From contig NC_043001.1 of the NCBI RefSeq assembly GCF_006345805.1, forward strand, positions 41,044,001-41,108,000: a DNA stretch of 64,000 nt, given 5' to 3'. Shown here in pieces: positions 51,001 through 63,846 of the stretch. The stretch comes from Octopus sinensis. Its lineage: Eukaryota. The notes beneath the pieces are model-generated. The model did no database searches, was not told the origin of the DNA, and worked only from the letters and a program-made list of their open reading frames with translations. Each line of letters begins with the position of its first letter. Within the stretch, counting starts at the first letter, position 1. The position numbers and the translations under genes were made by a program.

Positions 51001-52932
51001 TAGAAATATATAAATATGATAACAAATCAATGCTGTATACTCAGTGCAAGTAATTGGTATATTTACCAATCCGACTGAGGTTCAGGATTTCAAATGTATA
51101 GGCATAGTCAGTTATAGAAGGACTCATAAATTGTTAAGATGACTCTTTAACCCTTTTGTGACCATATTCCTGTTGAGATGCTCTGTTTCTTTCAATTAAT
51201 GTTTGCTTCTCTAAGGATCTGGTTGGGGTGATAGCTTGCGTTGGTTGGTCACATGTCACATTGGTCATGGCAGATGAGGAAGCATCTTACAGAGATGGGG
51301 ACTGATTGGACACAACTCAGATGATCCAAGCAAATACCAACAAATGATGGACGTGAGAAAAGATTTCCTTTGAAAATCAATCAACCCAGTATCAGAATGG
51401 AGAAACAAATGTTGGTTCATGATGAGAACACTTATATATTACCCTAGTATTTGGCATTCTTGTCAAGTGTTCTAAAAGAACATGAATGGCTAATTTGATG
51501 TGGTTGTAGTTAACTCCCAGGGAATTCAACAGATTATGCCATTGTCATTAGCACATTTGTGATAAAAGCATCTCATACTCAAAAAAGGTGTTCATTTAGC
51601 TTTAAGTAGGTGTCTCAGATTGTGTGGCTTGTTATTGTAAGGAGTGGCAACACTGTAGTTTGTTGGCTTGAAGTTCAATTCATTGTATAGAAAAAGTTAT
51701 TTGTAACATTCCAGCATCCTATCCAGTGAAACATTTATCTCTCATTTACTTAACCCTATGAAAGTACTGTTGGGTATCCATTCTATGCATCCTTGTAGTC
51801 TATGGCAAAGAAAAGTTATTTGGCATGGAAGTGGCAGTAGTTAAGGAAAATATTTTGCTTTTTACATAGTCATATTGCACTTCTTTTTGTTGATACAAAG
51901 CTATAAATTCATATCTACTTCTTGGGACACAAAACTCTACTTGTGAAGACCTGTTGAGGCAAGTGAAAATCCAAAATCAAAATCAAAATCGATCAACATC
52001 AATGGAAATTGCAGCTGTGATACCAGTGCCGGTGGTATGTAAGAGAACCATCTGAATGTGGCCATTGCCAGCACCGTCCCGACTGGCCTCGTGCCGGTGG
52101 CACGTAAAAAGCACCATCCGATCGTGGCCATTTGCCAGCCTCGTCTGGCACGTAATAAGCACCCACTACACTCATGGAGTGGTTGGCGTTAGGAAGAGCA
52201 TCCAGCCAGAGAAACATTGCCAGATCAGACTGGGCCTGGTGCAGCCTTCTGGCTTCCCAGACCCAAGTTGAACCATCCAATCCATGCTAGCATGGAAAGC
52301 GGACGCTAAACAATGATGATGATGATGATGATGATGACGGCGGCGGCTGCTGCTGCTGCTGCTGTTGAATTTTATTTTTAAATAATTTTATTCATGTTTA
52401 GTGACTAGTTATATTTTGTTTTATATTAATGGTTGGCATTAGGAAGGGCATCCAGTAATAGAAACCATGCTAAATCAGACTGGAGTCTGGTGCAGCCTCT
52501 TAGCTTTTCAACCCTGGTCAAACCATCCAAACCATGCCAGCATGGACAAGGGATAGTAAATGATGATGATGATCTGATAATACATAGTGAAGATAGCCAA
52601 GAATGTGTATTGATATGTCTTAATATATTTATTTATATTGTAGATCTAAATATTTTAGTTATATGATCAAATTCTGTGGTGATTAACTTTGCATGTCATT
52701 TCTCTCCAGTCCTCAAAATAAATAGCAGTAAAGTTACTGGGATTCAGTTAACAAAAACCCTAAAATTGAAATCCTGGTTAGTTAAATCAATAAATTTAAG
52801 TGATGAAAGATTAAATACTAAATGCTTATTGATTATAACAAGTTAGATTTAATGATGTTCCAACATTATGAAATTACATTTGTTTTAAAAATCTATTTAA
52901 TGTATTTTTTTATGGGTTTTATATTTTCTTAG

Positions 52933-53295
52933 GTGAAAAACAAAACCAAAAATTTGAACAAAATACATTTTTTGAAGATAAAGAAGCTAATTTAAATACA
53001 ATTCATGAACAAGATTCTCATAATAGTCATAATAACCCTCAAAATACAGAAGACTTTGAAGATATTATTGCTCATCAGAACTCATTAGGCCAAAAAGATT
53101 TAGATCAACAAGAACCAGATCAACAAGAAATATCAGACCACCAGAACACAGCTGTTCATAAAGAATTTGAAATCTTTCAAGATTCCCAACTTCCCTCAGA
53201 TAGCCAAGAATTTCGTTCTGAGTTTAATCCAGACTCTGAAACACTGCATGAAACTGTAGTTAATCAACAAAATCAAGATACCAATGAAATTTCAC
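52933..53295 (+). CDS. SEL1L: SEL1L acidic/polar N-terminal linker exon
   Basis: 363 nt open frame between TAG and GTAATA, phase 1-1, rich in E/D/Q/N. Confidence 0.85.
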
Positions 53296-53994
53296 GTAAT
53301 ATAGAATTTTTATTTTTTTATTTTTGTTGTTATTTTGTGCCATCATATATGAAAAGAAAGTTTATATAAATAATACTTTGCTGAAAAAATATTTTCATTC
53401 TTTAAAAGCAATGTTTGGTTAGGGAGAAGTTCTGAAGTCTTGGATAAATTACAAATATATGTTTATTGATAAAAAGCTCTCTCTCTCTGTCAGATAACCA
53501 TGTACCTCCTCTTGACTCTTGTTTCTGTCTCTCTGTCACACTCTAATGTTCCATCATCTGACACAAGATCACCTCCTCCAATGCCCCCCTCCCCTTTCAA
53601 AATTCCATCTTGCAAGGGAGCAGATGTTTTGCAAATTGAGTCTACATGACAGTGGATTAGCTAGCAAGCTGAGTTAAATGCAGCTGAGCATGTATTCTTC
53701 TTCAGCTCTAGGTCAATCCTGATCAAGCCTATCTACTATCAAAGGGACTCCAGTCATAGCTAAGCCATCCTTGTATGAGCTTGCAGGATCACACAGACAA
53801 TCGTATACTAGCTTTCTTATGAGAGTCTCATGCAAATTGATATTAAAAAGATTAAACAAATTAGACTCTGAAATTAGAATGGTCAATTAGGAATCACCAT
53901 TAATCCAAAGCAAATCAAACCAAACTAATTTTATTTTTATTTTTGGTAAAAAATTTTTGACTTTTTATTTATTAAAATTCTTTTTTTTGCTTAG

Positions 53995-54144
53995 ATGAAC
54001 CGTCCAATGAAGCTTTAAATACAGCAGATCTCAATTCAGATGTTGATTCAGCTAATTTTCCTGATACTGATCACACAGCTGATGCCGTGAATTCTAAAGG
54101 GGAGGAAATGAAGGAAGATGAACTTACTCCTCTAGAAATAAAAG
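53995..54144 (+). CDS. SEL1L: SEL1L linker exon (HEPSNEAL...ELTPLEIK)
   Basis: 150 nt open frame, AG/GT, phase 1-1. Confidence 0.85.
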
Positions 54145-56401
54145 GTTACTTTTTTTTTTTTTTTAACACTAAACCATAAATGACAGCTCTTCCCTTTCTA
54201 CTAGAAATAATGGAATTGCTAGTTTGAATTTACATGATGTTTGAATCAGTTTAACATTTTCTGCTTGTTTTTTTAAATTCAGTTTATGTTCTGTGCTTCC
54301 ATTATCTTCTATACCTGAACCTTCTTCTCTAATCACTGCAGATGCCCTGCAGTCACTCAGTCATCACACATTTCTGAACCATACCTGTGTCTATTGTAGG
54401 TGGTATTTCTCATATTTTGAGCAACCACTTGGAAACATTCTTGCTAAACAACTTCAACATCAAATAATTTAGTTATGAACACTTTTAATTTTTTTACTTT
54501 CTTGTTTTGGTTTATTTGTTGATTAATCTTCAGTTTATTTCAGTGGATGTGGGTAGATGCTGAAGTTTTGATGTATGTGTGTGTGTGTGTATATCTATAT
54601 ATCTATCTATATTTATGTGTATATACATACACACATATGTGCAAAGATGATCTGAGGGATATGTGACTACTATTTCTAGTAGAACAAGTGACCACATAGA
54701 TGCTCTTTCTCAAAACAATGACAATGTCAGCTTGTTTAGTTATGTTCCTTCCTTGATTTAAAAAAAAAATTTTCCTTGTTTCGGTTTATGTATTATTCAA
54801 TCTACACTTTATTTTCATTGACATGAATATATGCCATATCACCCCATGTTAGCTCAGTGGAGTAAACCTATGACTTAAAAATTCTGCTGCCATCAGGGAA
54901 AGGGCTTTACTTGTAATGCAGAAAAAGAAACATTAGAAACTTTATATGGTGTACCCATTGTAAACTATGGACACACAAAAAGCATAGTGGGATCACAGGC
55001 AAACTAATAGAGAAGGTTAACTTTGTATGCAGTATATATAGCATAACACATGTGAAATAAATGAATATTCTCATCCTTATGGCTGAGAGTTAGGGTGTTT
55101 CAGACCCAACTATCATTCATTTGTTGCATCATTATGCTCTCTTTTTGATAGAGCCAGTAGGGCTTGAATCCTTTTCTGGCCTAATTTACTGTCAGGTTGA
55201 CTCTCGTAGACTTTACCTTTTTGCAAGTACTCCTAAGCCTCATTTATATTCAAATCTTCCTAATTTGGATGCTGAGTCCAGACTGCCTATCCTTTGGTGT
55301 AATTGCACATAGTAGTACTTTCTCTTAGAGACATGCTTTAAATGCTAAAGAGCACCCTACTCTCTATTGTTTTACATCATACTGAACACTAACCTGGAAT
55401 TTCTAAGTCCCTGTGCTAATGCTAGATATTGTTCCTATGTTAAATTTATCTCTTTTTGATAGGTATTGTTCTTATTCTGCTGGGTTTGTAGCAACCCATC
55501 TCACTAGATAAGCCTATGAAGGAGCTGGTTTAGTTAGCAGTGACCTGACCTTGCAGTAGGTTGTCCTGGACTACATCCAACCAGTAACATAAATGGCCTG
55601 ACACAAGCATGTGAAATAGATTATCTCAAATACTTGGACAGCTCCCTAAAGCTGATAGCATTTTTTACATAGGCACCTTAATTAGCAATGGAGGTAAGTG
55701 TTACAAAAGTATTGTAGTTAGAGTAAGAAAAGTTTGTTGCCTCTGCTGGTAACAAAGGGTTTCACTCTCAGTCTGAGGGGCAGATGATGCTTGTGTATGA
55801 GCTGTGATATTGCATAGTATCAAGACATGGGCTCTAAATGCAGTGAATTTATTTTCAAAATCTATAAAGAAATAAAGTGAATGTTCCATGGATGTGTAAT
55901 ATTAGTGTACATGAAGGAACATAAATGAGCTAAGAGAAAGATTGGATTCAGTAGGGATCATATGTAGTGTACAAAAGTGAAAACTGTGTTGGTATGGATA
56001 TATATAATGCATATGTATAAAGAAGTTTAGGTCACTCATAGTGGGTGGAATCTGTGAAATGAGACCTAGGAAGCCATGGGCATTGACTATCTCACTTCCC
56101 TCATACCTTGCCATTACTGTCTTGCTTCTGTTACCTCCTACTCCATTTCTCCTTTCATCCCCATTCTCTTCACCTACCCTCTCTCTCTCTCTCTCGCATG
56201 TTGCCTTGAATGAATGGAGGTGCTATAGAGTAGTGAAAATTCTCAGCTTTGTAGAGCAAAAGGCGAACTTACTGGTGCTGGTATGCTGGTATCATGGTAA
56301 AATACATCCAGTACACTCTGTAAAGGTAATGATGTCAGGAAGCGCATAGAAATCCAGCCAATAAATATAGAATGTATGAATGAGACAATTCTCGAACATG
56401 T

Positions 56402-56630
56402 TTAACTCTTTAGCATTTAAACTGGCTATATCTCATCAAAATATTCTACTTGTTTTATGTTCAAACTGGCCAGATCCAGCCTTTCCCACTTACCTTACAG
56501 TGTCAGTCTAAGAATAAAGCAATCACATCACTGAAATCTTGAACCTTTGAGATAATGCATAAATAATTCAAAATAATGTAAATAAATAAGCATTACATTT
56601 GACAGAGTAATCTGAAAGCTAAAGGCTTAA
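56402..56630. mobile_element. piggyBac-like MITE (family A)
   Basis: ttaactctttagcatt...gctaaaggcttaa; same orientation as 46579. Confidence 0.75.
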
Positions 56631-57149
56631 TAGGGCAGTAACTTTGAATAAGAACTGACTTGGAGCATGATGATCCTTTTAATTCATGCCAGCATGGAAG
56701 GTTGATGGTAAATGATTTTGTGTGTATAATAACTCATCCTGTTGGAATCCTATAAATTAGTCTATAGCTGCCAGTCCAATTGTTACTCCTTTTACTCTTA
56801 CCCACTCTTACTCTCTCTCTCTATTTGTTATTCCAGACAAGCATGACAGATGAATATCTCATCCTTCCATTCACTTTCATTTTATTTCAACTGTTGCTCA
56901 CTATCTATATGTCCTTTGAAGTTCTAGTTCTACACTATCGCTTCAGCATGATAGTAAATAAAAGCACATTGCTAATTATTATATATAGATTTATTTGCTG
57001 CTAACTAAAAATTATTTGCTGCTAATTAAAAATTATTTGCTGGTCTATATACATGTCTAGAGAAGAAAGAACTTCCACTTGTTTTTCTATACATACACTT
57101 TCTTGTGTAACATCTCAATGTCATTAACAGCTGTATTTTTGTCTTTCAG

Positions 57150-57213
57150 CTAATGAACTTTATGAACAAGGAGAAGTCTTGATTAACAATACTTACCATA
57201 AGAATTATAGAGC
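57150..57213 (+). CDS. SEL1L: SEL1L exon (ANELYEQGEVLINNTYHKNYRA), start of the Sel1-repeat region
   Basis: 64 nt, AG/GT, phase 1-2; aligns by eye with the SEL1L helix preceding the first Sel1 repeat. Confidence 0.88.
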
Positions 57214-57439
57214 GTAGGTATTTATAAATATGTTATGAGTAGTTGTTTTTTAAGATATTAGTTTTTAGTGATTTCTAAACAGGTTGTGACATGTATGTGT
57301 GTTAACATATACATGTTAACACACGTTAACATGTAATATCTTTCCCTATATGCCATATTTTCATTTAGTAGTTCTTTTCTGAAAAGTGATTGGTGTTAGG
57401 AAGGGTATAGAAATCATACCATAAATATAGAATATGTGA

Positions 57440-57840
57440 GTGAGACATGGTCCTCTGAGTACCATTCATGCCCTTTTACTAATGAGAGAACTACAAGAGA
57501 AGTTCTTAGTTAAGAGTAAGCCACAATTCTTTGCAGTCGTCAATCTGAAAAAGGCTTTTGATGGAGTTCCACACTCTAGAACTAAGGAAACTGGTGTAGA
57601 TGAATTGCATGTGAGGGTCATGCAAGCCATGCAGTCAGTAAGGTAAGAGTTGGCAATAAGTTCATTGAATAATTTAGTGTAGATGGATATCCATCAGGTC
57701 TTGGTTCTGAGATCCCTTCTCATTATTATTGTTCTTCGGGCCATTACAGAGGAGTTCAACATCAGCTGTAGTAGGAATTTTTATATGTTGATGGCTTAGT
57801 TCTTAGAGTTGAATCTGTTGAGAATTCAGAGAAATTCTAA
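57440..57840 (+). mobile_element. Old RTE RT fragment
   Basis: RELQEKFL..KP.F.A.V.LKKAFD.VP motif. Confidence 0.8.
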
Positions 57841-58794
57841 ACAAAAATCAAGAGGCATCACAGTGGTAATGGCAGTAGTTTTATTGAAAAGTCATATTAT
57901 AGTATATTTAGTCTTAACTACTATTTTCAATAAAATTTAAACTTAAGTATTTTATAGTTGACATTGTCAGTAACTTTTTCATTACAAATAGTTAAGTAGC
58001 AAATGGTAGATACAGTTTTGTACTAATCACACAATTTAGCACAAAATAAATAATTTCATATGGTAAATATTGTATGTGGTCAAACATTTAAAAAAAATTA
58101 TACATAAAATTCATAGGGGATAGACATTTTTAGGTTTTTTTATGTCACTCTTATTTCACAAAGTCAACTATCAAATATGAAAGATGCGTATTTAAATGAA
58201 ATTCAAAAATAAAAGCAGTAACCATTCTTTAAACTTTGATGATAGTAATAGTTATCCACTGTTACCAGTCATCTACTATAAAACCTAATCCTGTTCAATA
58301 TTAGAATTAAAACCAAAAAAATTTGACAACTGGAGTTTCTAAATATATTGAATGTTTAAGCACTGGTAATGGTGCCACATAGAAAGCACATTGTACACTC
58401 TGTAAAATGGTTGGCCTTATGAAGGAATATAGCTGTAGAAACCATGTCAAAACATTGGAACATGATGTGGCTCCCGGCCTTGTCAGCTCCTGTTAAACTG
58501 TCCAACTTATGCCAGCATAGAAAACAGATGATGGTGATGATGATTACTTAGCTACATTACTTTTATTCATCGGTAGTTCTGCCAAAACATAATAATAATG
58601 CAAAAAAAAAAAAAATCCTAGTCCCTAGCTTTTAATTTCATCTTGTAATGCATGATAAAAAGGTGGAATTATGTTACCTTATTTTTTGGAAAAGGTTTTA
58701 TAACTTATTCAATTGATATTTTTTTAAAAAGAATTATTTTGACTTTTTTGTAATTTTGTTGTAGAACCTGTGTCTTTTTTGTAATTTATTGTAG

Positions 58795-58957
58795 AGCCTA
58801 TGTCTTTTTCAAAGCTGCTGCTCAACTGAACCATACAAAAGCACTTGAATACATAGGTTTTGGGCACTTCTTTGGTGATCATTGTAATCAGAATTTTACA
58901 AAAGCCAAAGAAATTTTTGAAGATTTGTCCAATAGAGGGTCTGCCCGAGGTCAACTT
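58795..58957 (+). CDS. SEL1L: SEL1L exon (AYVFFKAAAQLNHTKALEYIGFGHFFGDHCNQNFTKAKEIFEDLSNRGSARGQL)
   Basis: 163 nt, AG/GT; AY....AA..NHTKALE...FGD...QN...A.E.FE.L...GS..GQ is diagnostic of SEL1L. Confidence 0.95.
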
Positions 58958-59189
58958 GTAAGTAAAATGTATTTTAATGTAACAATTTGTTAATTTCTTT
59001 TATCTTTTAATATTCACTCTTATCATTGTTATATTGTTTATCTTTAATATTTAAGAATATCTTAGCTATTTTGCATGGTTAAGGCCATACACAGTGTTTT
59101 CATAGAGAAACTATCAAACTTAACCGTGTAACCCCTTTGATATCAACCCAACTGAGGCCACCTTTGGTTCTATGTTACAAACTTTCTGT

Positions 59190-59399
59190 TTAACCCTTTA
59201 ACATTCAGATTATTCCGTCCAATGTAATGCTTATTTATTTTCGCTGTTTTGAATTATTCATGCATTATCTTTTTGCACTGAGATTTCAGTGAATGCTTGT
59301 TTATTTGTAGTATGATACTATAGAGTATGATCAGTTTGAGCATAAAAACTGGTATAATATTCGGGCTGGATATGGCTGGTTTAAATATTAAATGGTTAA
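59190..59399. mobile_element. piggyBac-like MITE (family A) nested at a TTAA inside another MITE (about 59131-59540)
   Basis: TTAA flanks; the host resembles the 61786-62010 family. Confidence 0.7.
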
Positions 59400-60520
59400 A
59401 ATGATCTAAAAACTTTCTATCAAAATTTCATGTTAATTTTACACACCAAACACCAGCTAAATAATGATAGTTATGTTTCTAAATTTTTTCATTATTTTCA
59501 AAATTATTTAAAACAAGGCAGTATATTTCAATAGAAATATTTTAAGGCAGTGGGATGTGATTTGAAGATTTGGTTGCTTTCCTCATTGACTTTCCTTTGC
59601 TATTATAACTTTCCTTAAAATAGACTGAAAAATCAATTAGAATTAAAGTAAAATATATGTTTGCTACAAAGAACATTAAGCATTTTAACGTAATTGATAA
59701 ATTCTTTCAAATAATCGAGTTATATTATCTCTGATAGACTTTTGATGTTTTGACAGAAAACAGTCATCTTTTTGATTTAATAGATGATAAAATATCTATT
59801 TTCTATTTCTTTCTGAATAAGACTATTTAAGATGTCAAAATGTATTTTACTCCTTTCGATGTTATTACAGTAACTCAGCGAGTTCTCTTAATAAATCAAA
59901 CTATGTTATTAAATAATACAATTCTGTCTGAGAAATATAAATTTTAATCAAAAAAAAAAATGAGTCTTTCAAATACTTTTCTTATTTACAACACTTTCTC
60001 ATGTGAGAGCCATCATCATCATTTACCTTCCATTTTCCATGCTGGCATTGGTTGGAAGGTTTGACAGGAACTTGTAAGACCGGGAACTGTATCGGGCTCC
60101 ATTGTCTGTTTTGACATGGTTCCTACAGCTAGATGCCCTTCCTAATACCAGATATGAACATGTCAGTTCCCAAGATAATTTTAGAGTAACGAGAATTAGA
60201 AGAGATTCTTCATCAGAGTAAGAGCAAGTTAAGAGTGACAGTTGGAACATTAGGAGGGAAAAAAATGGAAATTGAGGATTAAATACAAAATTTGTTGAGA
60301 CGGGTATATTCAAATGACATTTAGGTATAGGTATAATGCATTACACACAGAATAAGACAGAAACTGAAATTGAGCACTTTTGTCTCAATTAGCCTTATGT
60401 CACCTAATTTGCAGAAAACCATAAGAGAGCTAAAAATTGATACAAGTTTTGGAATCATCTCACTTTAAAATTATCTTTGTATTTTATCTAATATATTGAT
60501 TTTTTCTTATTAATTTCCAG

Positions 60521-60574
60521 GGCCTTGGTTTGTTGTTCAGTATTGGCATGTCTGTGAATTCCAGTCAAGCTAAG
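60521..60574 (+). CDS. SEL1L: SEL1L exon (GLGLLFSIGMSVNSSQAK)
   Basis: 54 nt, AG/GT, LG.L...G..VNSSQAK motif. Confidence 0.95.
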
Positions 60575-61329
60575 GTATGTGTACTATGTTACTTTATTGT
60601 AGTGATTATACATACACTTTAAATTTTAGAATAAAAATCTGAAAATAATTAAAATTTTATAATTTTTTTTATTGATGAGTAAACTAAGATTGAATTAGAA
60701 ATAGGTTTCCATTTTTTAAGCATTGTACTTGTATGGATATATAAAGCTAGTAAAGAGTGAGTGCTTATTAGGAATCAAACTCTTTTGTTGATGCTTCAGT
60801 GTAGTTCTGACTGTATAATGAATCAATGAACATCTTGAATCTTGGGCATACATATTTATCAACACATTTGTTATTGTTTGTAGCTTCAGACCTAGAAATG
60901 GCAGCTGTGTAAGTCAGATGTATGGACAGAGAACCAACATTCGAGATATTTTGTCTTTTTATATTGTTTTAGTGACACTCCAACTACGGCCATCCCTTTG
61001 TCTTTGTAGACAGTAATTACAGAATTTGCTGTTTTTTGGGGAGGGTTACTATACCAATAAAAGCACCACACACTGGTTGTAGTTTACTTCTTTATTAATT
61101 GATTGGTAAAGATATGAAATACATATTGTGTGCATGGTTTTTCATTAGAATAATGGCATTTACTAAATACAGCAATATCTGTTTCAACACCTGTCACATA
61201 AAAAATCTCAAGAAAGAAATATGAGAAAGAGACATTTCTGAAAATTTTGTTCTTCTTTTGATTTCAACTTCTTTACTTTGCATTTTTATGCATATGTACA
61301 ATTCTATCCTTGTTGTTTCCTCCATAAAT

Positions 61330-61558
61330 TCTTATTTCTTTACTGCCCACAAGGGCCTACACATAGAGGGGACAAACAAGGACAAACAAATGGATTAAGC
61401 TGATTATGTCGACCTCAGTGCGTAACTGGTACTTATTTAATTAACCCCAAAAGGATGAAAAGCAAAGTCGACCTTGGCGGAGTTTGAACTCAGAACATAG
61501 CAGCAGACAAAATACTGCTAAGCATTTTGCCTGGTGTGCTAACGTTTCTGCCAGCTCA
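61330..61558 (-). repeat. tRNA-derived SINE (CORE-like centre, LINE-like tail)
   Basis: B-box-like gagttcaaactcc, aagtaccag core and an aaagaaataagaa tail. Confidence 0.85.
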
Positions 61559-61785
61559 CAGAATTTTATTCTGTGTGTAATGCATTATGCCTATACTTAA
61601 ATGTCTTTTGAATATACCTACCTCAACAAATTTCCTCTATAAATTCTTGTTGAGATAAAAGATAACTAAAAGAACATGGGTATTTGGGAATGGAAGTCAA
61701 AATTGCTATTTAGCATTAATGTTTGGGCTAAAGTTTTTTTTAAAAATCAGTTTAACCATTAGTAAAGTTTGCTTTGAAAGTTTAA

Positions 61786-62010
61786 CCCTTTCATTACCAA
61801 CCCGGCTGAAACCAACTCATGGCTCTGTAGTATAAATGTCTTGTTTTCAAAAGTTCCGAATTAAAATCTTCCACCAAACCTTAGTCACAATTTATGTTCA
61901 TAACAATACTAGCTTAATGATAACTAAGTTATTTTATTAAATTCTTTGTTATATTTAAAATAATTGAAAGAAGCACAGAGCATTTCAAAATAAATACAGT
62001 AATGAAAGGG
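61786..62010. mobile_element. piggyBac-like MITE (family B)
   Basis: Perfect TIRs CCCTTTCATTAC/GTAATGAAAGGG with TTAA on both sides. Confidence 0.9.
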
Positions 62011-62064
62011 TTAATTTCTTGTAGAACTAAAACAATTAAGACTACTTTATTTCTTATATTACAG

Positions 62065-62124
62065 ACTATTGTCTATTTGACATTTGCAGCCCTTGGAGGA
62101 GACCCATTAGCACAAATGGCATTG
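62065..62124 (+). CDS. SEL1L: SEL1L exon (TIVYLTFAALGGDPLAQMAL)
   Basis: 60 nt, AG/GT, VY.TF.ALGG..A.M.L motif. Confidence 0.95.
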
Positions 62125-63274
62125 GTAAGCAGATAATCTTCTGTAAATATTTAAGTGATCACATTCTGCCAATGGCAGCCCCCACTACTTGTGTTCATCT
62201 TACACTATTTCCATCCCTATGTACCTCTGACCTCATCCTTGGCACTGTGCATTTCTTGCACACTGAACGCACTTCACATCACTTGTGCTTCCTCATGTTG
62301 CCTCCACCTTCTGCCTTCACAACTGATATTCACCATTGATAGCATCTCTACCCATCTTCCCCGCTCACTTCACCTCTATCTCCATTTTTCTTTCATCTGC
62401 TGCTCTCCTTTTACACTCTCATGAACTTAGCTATCCATTCCCCCTGTCCAATCCATTTGACCATTTTTCTTATACACACCGTCTCCTAACTTGGGGATGA
62501 GCCTTGACACTGCTTCACCACCATCTTCTCACCTTTCCAACTAGGGTAACTCTGTATCTCCGCTACAACAAGACATCCATTTTTGTCTCTCTTTCATACT
62601 TTAACCTCTCATCACCTGGTAAAAAAACCACTTCCTCAATATAGCCAGGAATTTTTTGACTCTATTATGATCTCATTTCCCACTTATGTATAAATATTGC
62701 AAACTTTTCATTACTAACAACAAGAAAGTGAGTTACACTTGTCTGGGCAGCATTGTCTCTCAGATCTCATGCCACAATTTGAGACATACATCCAAACCAG
62801 CCTTCAGCTCAGATCAACTTATTATTGCAGAAACTTTTCAAACTGTCTTCTTGGAGCATCATCTCTCTCTGATGCAGTGATATGTAGAATAAGTCTGATA
62901 CCCACAAATGCTATTGCAAAAAATGTTGGTACTCACCTCAAAACCATTAAGAGGTGATACAATGAGCATATGTATGTATTCAGATTAGTGGACAGAGATC
63001 TCAATGCCTCTGTCACAATTCATTTGGAAATTAATAGCTAGTGGAATTGAGTTCTCATAATCTGGAATAACCTGGACAGAGTAATCCCATACATTAATGA
63101 AACAAGAAATTGTAGATTGTGATTAAATGAAAACTTCCAAATCCTGAAGCATCCATCCAGGAAAAACGATGAACGGAAGATCCAGGATCTTAACTCTCTG
63201 TTGATATCACCAGCCATATATATATAAGTTCATTTCTATTACTCTTGTTAATATCCTAGTTAGCTATACACTAA

Positions 63275-63379
<105 letters not shown>

Positions 63380-63636
63380 TAGTAACTTTACCTTATATGT
63401 GGCTTTTTTTTTTTTTTGTTTGTTAATTATTTAGATGCATTGGTTGTGAGTTCATAGTGCTAGACTGCTGAATATATGTATGTCACATGTTTAGATCTTA
63501 TTGCATTAATCTACTTACCAGAAGCTATTTGCCATTCACAAAATTCCAATTATTGTCTAATGCATCTATTTTTAAAAACAATAGAATGTGATTGAGGAAG
63601 ATTTGGATGTTGATTCTTGCAGGTTGAGTGAGCTCA

Positions 63637-63846
63637 TACGAAGAGATGCTGAAAAGTTTTTGGCTTTAAGGGTATTGCAAAAGACCTGGCTGAGTTCTTT
63701 TATAGAACTTAGAAAAACTGAAGGACTACAGCAATAAGTGTATGAATCTGAGAGAGGAATATGTTGAATAAAATCAAAATTAACTGAGTCTCCTGTATTT
63801 TGTTTTACCCAGAGCCAAGAACTTTTCAGCACCCCCTCCCTCATAT
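63637..63846. mobile_element. Mariner-type MITE
   Basis: Degenerate TIRs tacgaagagatgctgaaaagtt / aacttttcagcaccccctccctcata with TA ends. Confidence 0.7.

Noticed and set aside
60160-60225. Minus-strand CUGAUGA with a stem II-like AGAAU/AUUCU
   Set aside because: GAAA is replaced by GUUA and stems I and III are absent; at most a dead relic.
62739-63200. Possible Tc1/mariner transposase HTH remnant (IAKNVGTHLKTIKR)
   Set aside because: Too degenerate; no TIRs or catalytic motifs could be verified by eye.
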